A DNA stretch of 59,949 nucleotides, filler included, from a bacterium (GCA_031551405.1; 2 parts of 2 records of this genome joined end to end with filler, not necessarily neighbours in it); one strand, 5' to 3'. Positions 30,762 through 42,191 are shown, counted from the first letter of the whole stretch. Translations and numbers: made by a program. Notes: generated by a model not told the origin, from the sequence alone.

Positions 30762-30833
30762 GCCTCCATAGACTAGTGGTTAGGTCACCGCCCTTTCACG
30801 GCGGCAGCGGGGGTTCGAATCCCCCTGGAGGTA
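30762..30833 (+). tRNA. tRNA-Glu(TTC)
   Basis: Anticodon arm CCGCC-CTTTCAC-GGCGG; TTCGAAT T-loop; CCA not encoded. Confidence 0.95.
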
Positions 30834-30872
30834 ATTCGTTTTGGTAAGCCAAAATGATTAGCGAAGAATTAC

Positions 30873-30909
30873 AAAAAAGCCAACTACCCTTGGGTAGTCG
30901 GCTTTTTTT
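30873..30909 (+). terminator. Bidirectional intrinsic terminator after tRNA-Lys/Glu
   Basis: AAAAAAGCCAACTACCC-TT-GGGTAGTCGGCTTTTTTT. Confidence 0.85.
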
Positions 30910-30951
30910 ATGCCCTTTTCGTCATTACAATATAAATCATTAGACAAGTGT

Positions 30952-31085
30952 CTACGCCGCAGCGCTCAGTTTTTGTAGTGTTTTTTCATTGATTTTATTA
31001 GCTTCGATTTCTCTCTTAAATAGCTTCCTTAGCCTGATTCCCATCTCTATCACTTTCGCTTTTGCAGTTCCTAACATTGTTTCAT
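30952..31085 (-). other. 3' fragment of an ORF running out of the assembly gap
   Basis: Open frame ETMLGTAKAKVIEMGIRLRKLFKREIEANKINEKTLQKLSAAA*; product unknown. Confidence 0.35.
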
Positions 31086-31185
31086 NNNNNNNNNNNNNNN
31101 NNNNNNNNNNNNNNNNNNNNNNNNNNNNNTTAATTAATTAANNNNNNNNNNNNNNNNNNNNNNNNNNNNNNNNNNNNNNNNNNNN
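31086..31185. other. Artificial contig/scaffold join
   Basis: 44 N + TTAATTAATTAA (stops in all frames) + 44 N = exactly 100 nt. Confidence 0.97.
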
Positions 31186-31448
31186 GCGGGGGTTAAATAA
31201 GAAAACCTTGCTCGCAACTGTATGAGCGAAACGGAGTGGAGCGAGTTTTGCGAGGAAAAGCCTAGGAAAAGCTCGAAAAACCTACGGCTTTGGAGTTGGT
31301 TTTTCGAAAGAAAAGAACGCCGCGCACGTGGAAAATGAAAACATCGTCGTGAGGACTGAAAAATAAAAAAGTTTTGTAAGAGCAAAAAACGTGAACATTT
31401 TTTTGTATTTTTGTGAAATTTTCACTTTTAAAACGCGTGGACTTGATA
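31186..31448. repeat. Mosaic intergenic repeat, copy D (inverted relative to A-C; starts at the contig end)
   Basis: 31186-31320 is the reverse complement of 4760-4890; ACGCGTGGACTTGA (~31433-31446) is the reverse complement of ~8853-8866. Confidence 0.9.
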
Positions 31449-31533
31449 CGGAAAAACGACATTTTAATATAACAAACGAAAATATAAATTCTCTAAATTT
31501 TTCCACTGTAAGCAAATTTCGAAGTAAAATAAA

Positions 31534-32334
31534 TTGCAGGATTTTAACTTGAACGTAAAACTAATTATTGCATTTGATGGAAAAGATTTTTTGGGTTGGC
31601 AAGAACAAAAAAATGAAACTGAGGTTTTCTCGATACAAAGTATTTTGGAAAAAGCTCTTGCGAAAATTTACAAAACCGAAATAAATGTGTTTGGCTCGTC
31701 TAGAACTGATCGAGGAGTAAATGCAAAAGGTTTTTGCGCGAATTTTTTTTCACCGTTTTTTATCCCACCGAAAAATCTTAAAAAAGCGATAAATTCGAAT
31801 TTGGCGAGTTTTACTAAAAATATTAAAATTGTTGAAGCAGAATATGTCGATGACAATTTTTCTAGCAGATTTTCTGCAAAATCAAAAGTTTACATTTATC
31901 GTCTAACTTTTTATCCCGAAGAGACGCAAATTTTTGATAAATTTTGTCAGTTTTTGAATAAAAAGTTAGATACAAACGATATATTTTCCATGAAAAAAGA
32001 TAGTAAAATTTTTCTGGGGAAGCATGATTTTAGAGCTTTTAGTTTGTTTGATAAAATTGAATTTCAAGACAAAAATACGATTTGTGAAATTTTTTATATC
32101 GACGTAAAAAAGTTTGGGAATAAAATTTATGTAATTGTTAAAGGCGATCGTTTTTTACATAAAATGGTGAGATTTATCGTTGGATCGATTTTACAAGTCG
32201 GAGAAAAAAATTTAACGATTGAGCAAATAAAAGAAAATTTAGAATCCGGAAAAAGAAAACATCAAATGAAAATTGCAAAACCGGAAGGACTTTTTTTGAA
32301 AACTGTTAGCTATAAAGATAAAAGTATTTTTTGA
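31534..32334 (+). CDS. truA: tRNA pseudouridine(38-40) synthase
   Basis: Motifs FDGKDFLGWQ, SRTDRGV (catalytic Asp), GKHDFRAF, FLHKMVR, PEGLFL. Start uncertain. Confidence 0.93.
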   Translation: MQDFNLNVKLIIAFDGKDFLGWQEQKNETEVFSIQSILEKALAKIYKTEINVFGSSRTDRGVNAKGFCANFFSPFFIPPKNLKKAINSNLASFTKNIKIVEAEYVDDNFSSRFSAKSKVYIYRLTFYPEETQIFDKFCQFLNKKLDTNDIFSMKKDSKIFLGKHDFRAFSLFDKIEFQDKNTICEIFYIDVKKFGNKIYVIVKGDRFLHKMVRFIVGSILQVGEKNLTIEQIKENLESGKRKHQMKIAKPEGLFLKTVSYKDKSIF

Positions 32335-32363
32335 ACATAAAATTTGAAAATTAGGACAAAATC

Positions 32364-33656
32364 ATGAAAATTTTAAATATCCCAATACTTTCCGTTGGAG
32401 AGCCGAAGCTTGAGTCACCTTTAAAAGCTTGGAATGAAACTTTTATCGATGATGGCAAATCTCTGATTTCAAAAGTCCACAAAGCCGAGCTTTTCACAGC
32501 AATCCAAGATCAAGAATTACATTTTTTTGAGATTGCCGGTCCGAGGGAAAAAATATATTTTGACAAAAATATTACTTGTGGAATAGTGACTTGTGGTGGG
32601 CTTTGCCCCGGAATCAATAACGTTATTCGGGCCGTTGTAGTCGAGCTTTATAAGAGATATGGCGTAAAAAATATTTTGGGTTTTAGATACGGATACCGAG
32701 GACTTACGAGTAATTCGGAGTTTGAGCCAATGATTTTGACTCCGGAAATCGTTGATGATATCCACGCACGCGGAGGCACGATTTTGGCGTCGTCACGAGG
32801 GCAGCAAGATTTAGATGATATGCTTAAAACGCTTGTCAAATACAACATAAAAATTTTATTCGCTATTGGAGGCGACGGAACAATAAGAGGCGCTTCTGAG
32901 CTTGCAAAATATATTTTAGAGAAAAATTTAGATATTTCGATAGTTGCAATTCCAAAAACAATTGATAATGACATTGCTTGCGTCGATAAATCTTTTGGCT
33001 TTGAGACAGCTGTTCAAGAAGCTGCAAAGATTATCGAGAGTGCTCACGAGGAGGCAAAAGGCGCGCCAAATGGCATTGGACTTGTGAAATTGATGGGACG
33101 AGAATCCGGATTTATAGCTGCTTATACGACTCTCGCTAACATTAACGTAAATTATTGTTTTATTCCCGAGGTTGAGTTTGATTTGGAAAAATTTTTGGAA
33201 ATTCTGAGGGAACGATTGAAAAAGAAGAGGCATGCTGTGATTTTAGTAGCTGAAGGAGCCGGTCAAGATTTGTTGCGAAAGTCAGATCAAAACATCGAGA
33301 AAGATCCGTCAGGGAATATTAAGCTGAAAGACATTGGCATTTATTTGAAAGATAAGATTAAACATTATTTTGACGACCAGAATATCGAGGTGAATATAAA
33401 ATATTTTGATCCAAGTTATTCAATTCGAAGCGTTCCGGCAAATGCTATGGACGCGGCTTATTGCATTATGCTGGCACAAGCAGCAGTTCACGCCGGCATG
33501 GCCGGGAAAACCAATGTTTTGGTGAGCTATATTAACAATCATTACGTCTATATTCCGATAGATTTGGCTATAAAAGAACGCAAAAAAGTTAATCCATCGG
33601 GGAGACTGTGGCATACAGTTAGAAATTCGATTTTTCAACCGATAGGGATAAATTAA
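32364..33656 (+). CDS. pfkA: 6-phosphofructokinase, probably ATP-dependent (group X type)
   Basis: Motifs TCGGLCPG, IGGDGT (Gly, ATP type), PKTIDND, LMGRESG, DPSYSIRS. Confidence 0.92.
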   Translation: MKILNIPILSVGEPKLESPLKAWNETFIDDGKSLISKVHKAELFTAIQDQELHFFEIAGPREKIYFDKNITCGIVTCGGLCPGINNVIRAVVVELYKRYGVKNILGFRYGYRGLTSNSEFEPMILTPEIVDDIHARGGTILASSRGQQDLDDMLKTLVKYNIKILFAIGGDGTIRGASELAKYILEKNLDISIVAIPKTIDNDIACVDKSFGFETAVQEAAKIIESAHEEAKGAPNGIGLVKLMGRESGFIAAYTTLANINVNYCFIPEVEFDLEKFLEILRERLKKKRHAVILVAEGAGQDLLRKSDQNIEKDPSGNIKLKDIGIYLKDKIKHYFDDQNIEVNIKYFDPSYSIRSVPANAMDAAYCIMLAQAAVHAGMAGKTNVLVSYINNHYVYIPIDLAIKERKKVNPSGRLWHTVRNSIFQPIGIN

Positions 33657-33659
33657 GTT

Positions 33660-34844
33660 ATGATGAAAATTTTGACTTCACTTGATAGAAAATTTTTGCG
33701 TGACAAAATTCGCGTTTACGACGAAGGCGCAGAGATTATGCTTGCAAAAACGCAAGTTTTCAATATTTACATTGACGAGCTCGACAATCGCGCTGCGAAT
33801 ATTTTGAAGCAGGATGCGCTTTCTCTAGGAGGAGATTTAGCTGTTCACGCTGACGTGGTACGCTTTTTACCCGGGAAAAACGCATGCGTCTTGATGGCAA
33901 CGAAAAAACAGATTTTTGGCATTATTCAAAAATCTAAAATTCAGCCTTTTGGACTCAAAGAACTCGGCGAAGAATTGGCTTTAACTATTGCAAATTACGA
34001 GTCAAAAAATTATGTTTTGGAGCTTGCGAGTGGTCAGGTTTTGGGCTTAAGTTCTACAAAAATAATGGGAATTTTTAATGTCACGCCAGATTCTTTTTTT
34101 GACGGAACGAGCGAAAAATATTTGGATTTGAAATTCATAGAACAGAAGCTCGACGAGATGGTTGAGAATGAAGTAGATATTATTGATATTGGAGCTGAAT
34201 CGACGAGACCTGGAGCTACTCCGATAAGTTTAGACGAAGAATTGAAGAGGATTTTGCCGGCCTTGAAATTAGTGCGAAAAAAAACGAAAATTCCGATTTC
34301 AATCGACACTTACAAGTCCGAAGTTGCGAGGCAATGCATTGAGGAAGGTGCAGATATTATTAACGACATTTCCTCTTTTAATTTAGATGAGATGATGACG
34401 GAAATCGCGATAAAATACAATGTCCCGATAATTTTGAATCATATGCAAAATACACCGCAAAATATGCAAGAAAATCCGGTTTATTTCGACGTGATTAGTG
34501 AAATCTTAGCGTTTTTTGCGCATAAAATTGAAATTTTGAAAAAATTTGGCATAAAACAAAATAAAATCGTTGTTGACCCGGGAATAGGATTTGGCAAGAC
34601 GATCGTACATAATTTTGAAATTTTGAAAAATATCGAGGAATTTCGCGTTCTCGGCAAACCGATTTTGCTCGGAACTTCGAGGAAAGGTTTCATAAATAAA
34701 ACGCTTGGCCTCGATAAAACAAACAATTTGTCAGCGAATCTAGCAATCTCGTCGTACCTTTGCGAAAAAGGCGTGAATATTTTACGAGTTCACGATGTGA
34801 AAGAAAATAAACAAATTTGCAAACTTTTAGAAAATTTAAAATAA
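33660..34844 (+). CDS. folP: Dihydropteroate synthase with N-terminal extension
   Basis: Motifs IMGIFNVTPDSFFDG, GAESTRPG, SIDTYK, DPGIGFGK, SRKGF, RVHDV. Confidence 0.95.
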   Translation: MMKILTSLDRKFLRDKIRVYDEGAEIMLAKTQVFNIYIDELDNRAANILKQDALSLGGDLAVHADVVRFLPGKNACVLMATKKQIFGIIQKSKIQPFGLKELGEELALTIANYESKNYVLELASGQVLGLSSTKIMGIFNVTPDSFFDGTSEKYLDLKFIEQKLDEMVENEVDIIDIGAESTRPGATPISLDEELKRILPALKLVRKKTKIPISIDTYKSEVARQCIEEGADIINDISSFNLDEMMTEIAIKYNVPIILNHMQNTPQNMQENPVYFDVISEILAFFAHKIEILKKFGIKQNKIVVDPGIGFGKTIVHNFEILKNIEEFRVLGKPILLGTSRKGFINKTLGLDKTNNLSANLAISSYLCEKGVNILRVHDVKENKQICKLLENLK

Positions 34845-34860
34845 AATTTTGGAGAGAAAA

Positions 34861-35775
34861 ATGAGTTTACTTGTGATTGGTTCGATAGCGTTTGATTCTG
34901 TAAAAACACCGTTCGGCGAAGTAGAAAAAGTTTTAGGTGGAGCAGCTGTTTATGCTTCAGTCTCGGCTTCTTTTTTTAATTCGGTAAAATTGGTTGGTGT
35001 AGTCGGTCAAGATTTTCCTAAGAGCGATCTCGATTTTTTGAAAAGTCGACGAATCGATACAAAAGGTTTGTCTGTTCAAGATGGAGAAACTTTTTTTTGG
35101 CGAGGAGAGTATGGCGAAAACATGAACGAAGCAAAGACGATTGAAACTGAGCTTAACGTTTTTTCGAATTTCAATCCCGTTTTGCCAGAGGATTACAAAA
35201 ATAGCGAGTATGTTTTTTTGGCGAACATTGACCCGGATATCCAGATGAATATTTTGAAGCAGATTAAAAGCCCAAAGCTCGTCGCTCTTGATACGATGAA
35301 TCTTTGGATTGACATTAAAAAGAAAAAGCTTTTGGACGTGATTTCTCAGGTTGACATTCTTTTCATAAACGACACGGAAATCAAGCAGCTGACCGGGCAA
35401 TTTAACGTGATCAAAGCTGCAAAAGAAATTTTTAAGTATGGGCTTGATTACGTCGTGATTAAAAGAGGTGAATACGGCGTGATTTTTCTGGAGCAAGACC
35501 AAATTTTTACGCTTCCGGCTTTTCCTTTAGAATGCGTCAGAGATACGACCGGAGCAGGCGACAGTTTTGCCGGCGGATTTATGGGTTATATCTCGAATAT
35601 CGGAGAAATTTCCCACGAGTCGATTCGGAAGGCTTCGGTCGTCGGTACAGTGATGTCGTCGCTTAACGTCGAGGATTTTAGCTTGAATCAATTCAAACGT
35701 ATAAATAACGACGATATTTTGCAAAGGCTAAAAGATTTCAAGAAAGTTTTGTTTTTCGACGATATTGTTTTTTGA
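34861..35775 (+). CDS. PfkB-family carbohydrate/nucleoside kinase
   Basis: Motifs GSIAFD, GGAA, DTTGAGDSFAGG; ATG at 34861 after GGAGA. Confidence 0.92.
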   Translation: MSLLVIGSIAFDSVKTPFGEVEKVLGGAAVYASVSASFFNSVKLVGVVGQDFPKSDLDFLKSRRIDTKGLSVQDGETFFWRGEYGENMNEAKTIETELNVFSNFNPVLPEDYKNSEYVFLANIDPDIQMNILKQIKSPKLVALDTMNLWIDIKKKKLLDVISQVDILFINDTEIKQLTGQFNVIKAAKEIFKYGLDYVVIKRGEYGVIFLEQDQIFTLPAFPLECVRDTTGAGDSFAGGFMGYISNIGEISHESIRKASVVGTVMSSLNVEDFSLNQFKRINNDDILQRLKDFKKVLFFDDIVF

Positions 35776-35800
35776 TTTTGTTTTGTAAGGATAATAAATT

Positions 35801-37195
35801 TTGAATTTAAGAATATTTTGCGTAAAAATTTTGTATGAAGTTTTTTATAAATCAGCAAGTTTTAAGACGAGCTTTAAAAAAATTCTCAGCCAACATAAAA
35901 TAAAAGATCTGAAAAATATTATTTTTATCAAAAAAATTTGCCAAAACGTAATCAAAAACAAAATTTTTATCGACGAGATTTTGCAGAGATTAACGTCGAA
36001 AAAGATTACGAATAAATTCGTAAATTTGATTTTAGAAATTGCGATTTGCGAGATTTTTTTCTCGAGTGAGAATCCGGAAAATCACAAAAATTATGCGATT
36101 TTAAACGAAGCGTGCAATTCTGCAAAATATTTTAAGCAGATTTATGCGACTGGATTTATTAATGCAGCTTTGAGGAAAAGCTTGGCTTTTGATAAGAATG
36201 AGATTTTGCAATCTGCAGCTAAAAACGATGATATTTTGACAAGAATTTCTGTCAGGTATTCGTACCCAATTTCGTTTCTAAAATATTTTAGCGAGAGTTT
36301 TGGTTTGAAAAATGTCGTGAAATTTTGCGTTTGGAATAATATTTCTCCGAGGCTAAGCATTAGAGTAAATGACTTGAAAACCAGCGTTCAAACCTTGAAA
36401 AATTCGTTTATTTCTCGAGGTTGCGAAATTCGCGAGCCGAAATTAGGTGTGACGAAAGAAATTGGATTTTCCGTGATAGGCGCGAAAAATATCGAAGATT
36501 TGCGAGAATTTAAAAACGGTCATTTTTTTGTTCAAGACGAGGTTTCGCAACTTGTTAGCCTGGTTTTGGGAGCAGAAGATGGAGATTTTGTGCTGGATGC
36601 TTGTGCTAGTCCCGGCGGAAAAACCTGCGGCATCTCGATATTTTCAAAAGAAAAAGCAAAAGTTTATGCGTTCGATATTTCTGATGAGAAAACTAAAAAA
36701 ATTCGTGAAAATGTCAAAAGGCTTGGCTTAAAAAATATTGAAATTTTAACGCAAGATTTTTTTGAATTTGCTAAAAACGCAGAGGAGAAAAATTTACGTT
36801 TCGACAGAATTCTTGTTGATGCGCCGTGTAGCGGGCTTGGAGTTTGGAATAAACATTTTGAGGCGAAATTCCAGCGAAGTAATTTTGCTAAAGATCTGGA
36901 AAAATTCCGCGATTTGCAGCAAAAAATGTTATGTCAAGCCGCAAAAATTCTTAAAACGAACGGTGTTTTGGTTTATTCAGTTTGCACTTTTACGAGAGAA
37001 GAAACAGATGAAGTTGTCCAGAATTTTTTATTGACAAACTCAAATTTTAAATTACAAAACATTAAGGAAATTTTTCGAAATTCAGATGATTTGCTTTTGC
37101 AAAAAATTATTGATGAAAATGGAGTTATAAAAATTTTGCCATTTACGCACAAAATGAATGGTTTTTTTTGTGCAAAACTCGAGAAAATTAAATAG
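35801..37195 (+). CDS. rsmB: 16S rRNA m5C967 methyltransferase RsmB/Sun
   Basis: NusB-like N-terminus (GFINAALR), VQDE.SQ, DACASPGGKT, DAPCSGLG, YSVCT. Confidence 0.9.
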   Translation: MNLRIFCVKILYEVFYKSASFKTSFKKILSQHKIKDLKNIIFIKKICQNVIKNKIFIDEILQRLTSKKITNKFVNLILEIAICEIFFSSENPENHKNYAILNEACNSAKYFKQIYATGFINAALRKSLAFDKNEILQSAAKNDDILTRISVRYSYPISFLKYFSESFGLKNVVKFCVWNNISPRLSIRVNDLKTSVQTLKNSFISRGCEIREPKLGVTKEIGFSVIGAKNIEDLREFKNGHFFVQDEVSQLVSLVLGAEDGDFVLDACASPGGKTCGISIFSKEKAKVYAFDISDEKTKKIRENVKRLGLKNIEILTQDFFEFAKNAEEKNLRFDRILVDAPCSGLGVWNKHFEAKFQRSNFAKDLEKFRDLQQKMLCQAAKILKTNGVLVYSVCTFTREETDEVVQNFLLTNSNFKLQNIKEIFRNSDDLLLQKIIDENGVIKILPFTHKMNGFFCAKLEKIK

Positions 37196-37261
37196 ATTTT
37201 TTGCAAGATTTGCGATATAAAAAAGTTTTTTATTCCAAAAAATAACTATGGGAGAATTTTT

Positions 37262-38140
37262 ATGTCTAGCCAAACGCGTTGTGAAGTATGTGAAAACAGC
37301 AATATTCGATCTCTTTTTAAAAAAGCAGGGTATCCGTATCAAATTTGCGATAATTGTGGTTTAATTCGTATTTACCCACAGTTGTCCGATGAAGAACTCG
37401 ATAATATTTATAACAATGGATATCATAAAGTTTGGGGCGAAGATGAAAATGTTTTTAACGAGCTTAAAAGGCTTACATTTGCAAAATTACTTGAACATTT
37501 CCCGAATGTAAAACGGGCTGAAAATAGAAAATTGTTAGATATCGGAGCCGCGACTGGAATTTTAATGCAAATAGCAAATGAAAAAGGCTATGAAGTTTTT
37601 GGAATTGAGGCAGCGAGAGATGTGGCTGAGTTGATTGCTAAAAGATTTGGGGAAGAACGAGTTTTTAATGGATATTTTAACGAAGAAGCGATCGTAAATA
37701 AGTGGGGAAAAAATTATTTCGACGTAATTTGCATGGTTGACCTTTTAGAGCATTTGCGCGACCCAAATCAAGCTTTACAAATTATTCACTCGCTTTTGAA
37801 AGATCGAGGCAGCATTATCATTGTTTTGCCGGATACAATTTCTATTTCACGATATATTTTAGGACGTCAGTGGGGACATTTTTTGCCTGAACATTTGTAT
37901 TCGTTTTCCAAAAAAAACATTAAAATGCTTTTAGAAAAAAACGGTTTCAATGTGGTTATTTGCAAGAGTGGTCCTAAATATTTAACATTAGAATATGCGA
38001 GAAATGTATTGAAAAAAATGTATCCTGGGAAATTTGGACTTTTCATGTTTAAATTAATCGGGTATCTCCCAAAATATTTGCTGAACAAGCCTTTTAGACT
38101 TAATTTTGGAGAGATGTTTGTTTTGGCTACAAAAAAATAA
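37262..38140 (+). CDS. Class I SAM-dependent methyltransferase with N-terminal zinc ribbon
   Basis: CEVC..CDNC, LLDIGAATG, DLLEHLRDP, PEHLYSF. Confidence 0.88.
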   Translation: MSSQTRCEVCENSNIRSLFKKAGYPYQICDNCGLIRIYPQLSDEELDNIYNNGYHKVWGEDENVFNELKRLTFAKLLEHFPNVKRAENRKLLDIGAATGILMQIANEKGYEVFGIEAARDVAELIAKRFGEERVFNGYFNEEAIVNKWGKNYFDVICMVDLLEHLRDPNQALQIIHSLLKDRGSIIIVLPDTISISRYILGRQWGHFLPEHLYSFSKKNIKMLLEKNGFNVVICKSGPKYLTLEYARNVLKKMYPGKFGLFMFKLIGYLPKYLLNKPFRLNFGEMFVLATKK

Positions 38141-38174
38141 ATGAATAAGCCTCGAGCGGAAGTTGACTTAAAAT

Positions 38175-39134
38175 ATGAAAAAATGTTTACAGATGCAAAA
38201 TATTAAACTTAGCGAAATCGATATTTTAGACGATAAATATGTTTATTGTTCTAAAAAAGTTGGCGATGAAAAATTTATAAATTCAGTAGAAAAATTTGGG
38301 ATTTTGAACCCAATTGTCGTAGAGGAAAAAGCGCCAAATCTTTATCGAATTATTTCCGGCGTAAAAAGATTTTTTATAGCTCAAAGTTTAAGATTTGCCG
38401 AAATTCCGTCGTACATATTTGTAAACGAGAATGAGTTTGATGCGCTGTTTTTTTCTATCGAGGAAAATTTGAGTTTTCGGAATTTAGACGAAATCGAAAA
38501 AGCGAATATTTTAACCAAACTTTTGAATGAAATGCAAGCTAACGATGCGATTTTGAAAAAATTTTGCGAGCTTTTAAAAATCTCTTTTTCCGAATTTTCT
38601 ATCCGAAAATACGTGCAAATTTCGAATTTGCCTTTCGACTTGAAATCCAAGATTTTAGAAAATGTTTTGCCGACTGAAGCTGCTTGTAATTTGGCGATTT
38701 TTCCTGTTATCGAGCGAAAAATTGTTGAAAATATTTTTGATCGACTTAAACTAAACATAAATTTATCGAAAGAAATGTCTGAAATTTTGAAGGATTTGTA
38801 CAAATCTGAGACGATAGATTTTCTTGGATTTTTGTCAAAGCTTACAGGAATTAGAGACGACGAAAGTTTTGATAATTTTAAAAAGATCGAAACAATTCGT
38901 AAAATTTTATTCAAAACAAAATTTCCGATTTTGACGCAAAAAGAAGAAAATTTCGCAGAAATAAAAAATAAAATGTTGGAAAATTTGGATCAAAAGAAAA
39001 ACGTTGATTTAAAATATTTTCCGTTTTTTGAGAGAGAAGAGTACGTGCTTTCTTTAAAATTTAAGGATTTACAAAATTTTTCGGATTTGAAAGAAATGTT
39101 AGCAAAATTAGAGAAAAATTTATGCTCAAAATAG
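38175..39134 (+). CDS. ParB/Sulfiredoxin N-terminal domain protein
   Basis: SVEKFGILNPIVV...YRIISGVKR...EENLSFRNLDEIEKA; helical C-terminus of unknown function. Confidence 0.75.
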   Translation: MKKCLQMQNIKLSEIDILDDKYVYCSKKVGDEKFINSVEKFGILNPIVVEEKAPNLYRIISGVKRFFIAQSLRFAEIPSYIFVNENEFDALFFSIEENLSFRNLDEIEKANILTKLLNEMQANDAILKKFCELLKISFSEFSIRKYVQISNLPFDLKSKILENVLPTEAACNLAIFPVIERKIVENIFDRLKLNINLSKEMSEILKDLYKSETIDFLGFLSKLTGIRDDESFDNFKKIETIRKILFKTKFPILTQKEENFAEIKNKMLENLDQKKNVDLKYFPFFEREEYVLSLKFKDLQNFSDLKEMLAKLEKNLCSK

Positions 39135-40207
39135 ACGATATCAAGAAAATTTATATCGAAAAAGATTTGGGAAATAACGAATTTGTTTCGAAATTTTGCG
39201 ATAAATTTCCTGATAAAATAGCGTGGATTAATAATTTCCACGAAGTTCCGTCGCATTATTTTGAAAAGAAAGAGTCTATAATTTTGGCAAATCAAAAAGG
39301 TGCTTTCTTGAAAAAATGTCCTTGCACTCCAGGTTATTTGGGTTGTAAGTATTATGTCGTTGAGCTTTCCGTCGGATGTTTGTATGATTGCTCGTATTGC
39401 TATTTACAGGAATATCAAAACGTTTTTGCGACGACTTTTTACGTGAATTTCGACAAACTTTTCGACGAATTTAACGAGCTTTTGTCATCTAATCCGAATG
39501 AGTTTTTTAGGATAGGTTTTGGAGAGTATGCGGATTCTTTATTTTTTGACGATTTACTCGATTACACAGGCAAAATAAGCACGTTTCTTGCGAAAAATTA
39601 CAAAAATTATTTGATCGAGTACAAGACAAAAAGCGATAATATTTTGAATCTTTTAAAATTTCAGCCAACCGGGAAAGAAGTTGTAGGCTGGACGATAAAT
39701 ACTTTGAAAATTTCCAGGGAAGAAGAGAAGAATGCTGCGACTTTTGAAGAAAGACTTGTAGCTATGAAAAAATGCGTTTCTCGAGGATATTTTGTGGCTT
39801 TGCATTTTGATCCAATTATTGATTATCCGTCGTGGCAAGAAGGTTACAAATTTGTTGTTAATCGCATTTTTGACGAGATTGATCCAAAAAAAATCATTTG
39901 GATTAGCCTGGGAACTCTGCGTTTTAATGCCAAACTCAAGCCGATTATTGAGCATAGACACGATAATTCAAAGATTGTTTATGCTGAAATGATAAAAGGC
40001 GCTGATGGAAAAATGCGATATATCAAAGATTTGCGAAAGGAAAAATATAAAGCAATCGTTACTTTTATCAAGCAACGAAATCCCGAGGCTTTTATTTATT
40101 TTTGCATGGAAGACGAAGAAATTTGGCGCGAAATTTTAGGCTTTGGTGTGAGTTCGTCAGACGAGATACACGATATTTTTTTGCAAAAAATAAAGAGTTT
40201 GGATTAG
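39122..40207 (+). CDS. Spore photoproduct lyase (SPL)-like radical SAM protein
   Basis: GCLYDCSYCYLQ (CxxxCxxC), GEYADS, KTKS, HFDPII, ISLGTLRF, DGKMRY, YFCME. Confidence 0.85.
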   Translation: MLKIDDIKKIYIEKDLGNNEFVSKFCDKFPDKIAWINNFHEVPSHYFEKKESIILANQKGAFLKKCPCTPGYLGCKYYVVELSVGCLYDCSYCYLQEYQNVFATTFYVNFDKLFDEFNELLSSNPNEFFRIGFGEYADSLFFDDLLDYTGKISTFLAKNYKNYLIEYKTKSDNILNLLKFQPTGKEVVGWTINTLKISREEEKNAATFEERLVAMKKCVSRGYFVALHFDPIIDYPSWQEGYKFVVNRIFDEIDPKKIIWISLGTLRFNAKLKPIIEHRHDNSKIVYAEMIKGADGKMRYIKDLRKEKYKAIVTFIKQRNPEAFIYFCMEDEEIWREILGFGVSSSDEIHDIFLQKIKSLD

Positions 40208-40246
40208 ATCTTGTTTTCTCGACGTTAAATAAAAAAACAAAAAAGC

Positions 40247-40365
40247 TTGACATTGAAAAAATAATAAGTAGAATTATGAAACATTTATTTTTTTCGTGGG
40301 ATTAACTCTCTTTGAAAAAAATAAAGATATTTTTTTGTTGACAAATAAAAAAAAAAGAGTAAAAT
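40247..40365 (+). promoter_or_regulatory. Tandem rRNA promoters (P1/P2-like)
   Basis: TTGACA-16-TAGAAT (40247-40274) and TTGACA-16-TAAAAT (40338-40365), with A-tract UP-like elements. Confidence 0.75.
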
Positions 40366-40457
40366 GTCAAAATTGACTCTTGAATTTTTTTGTAGTGAAA
40401 ACGTTCTTTTAAATAATTATATGCAAGTGTGAAGGGTCTTTTCAATAGGTGTAATTT

Positions 40458-42000
<1,543 letters not shown>

Positions 42001-42072
42001 TTAAAAATCTTTGACCTCTTCACACTTGCTATATTATTAAATAATAAATTTAGGTAGGCTTTATTATCAAGA

Positions 42073-42149
<77 letters not shown>

Positions 42150-42191
42150 AGTATAATTTTGGTAATATTGCAATTTATACGTAATTGATTT

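Noticed and set aside
31086-31185. TTAATTAATTAA palindrome within N runs
   Set aside because: Symmetric 100-nt artificial linker, not biology. Adjacency across it should not be trusted.
33660-34050. N-terminal extension on FolP
   Set aside because: Long-form FolP of this type is common in anaerobes; not novel.
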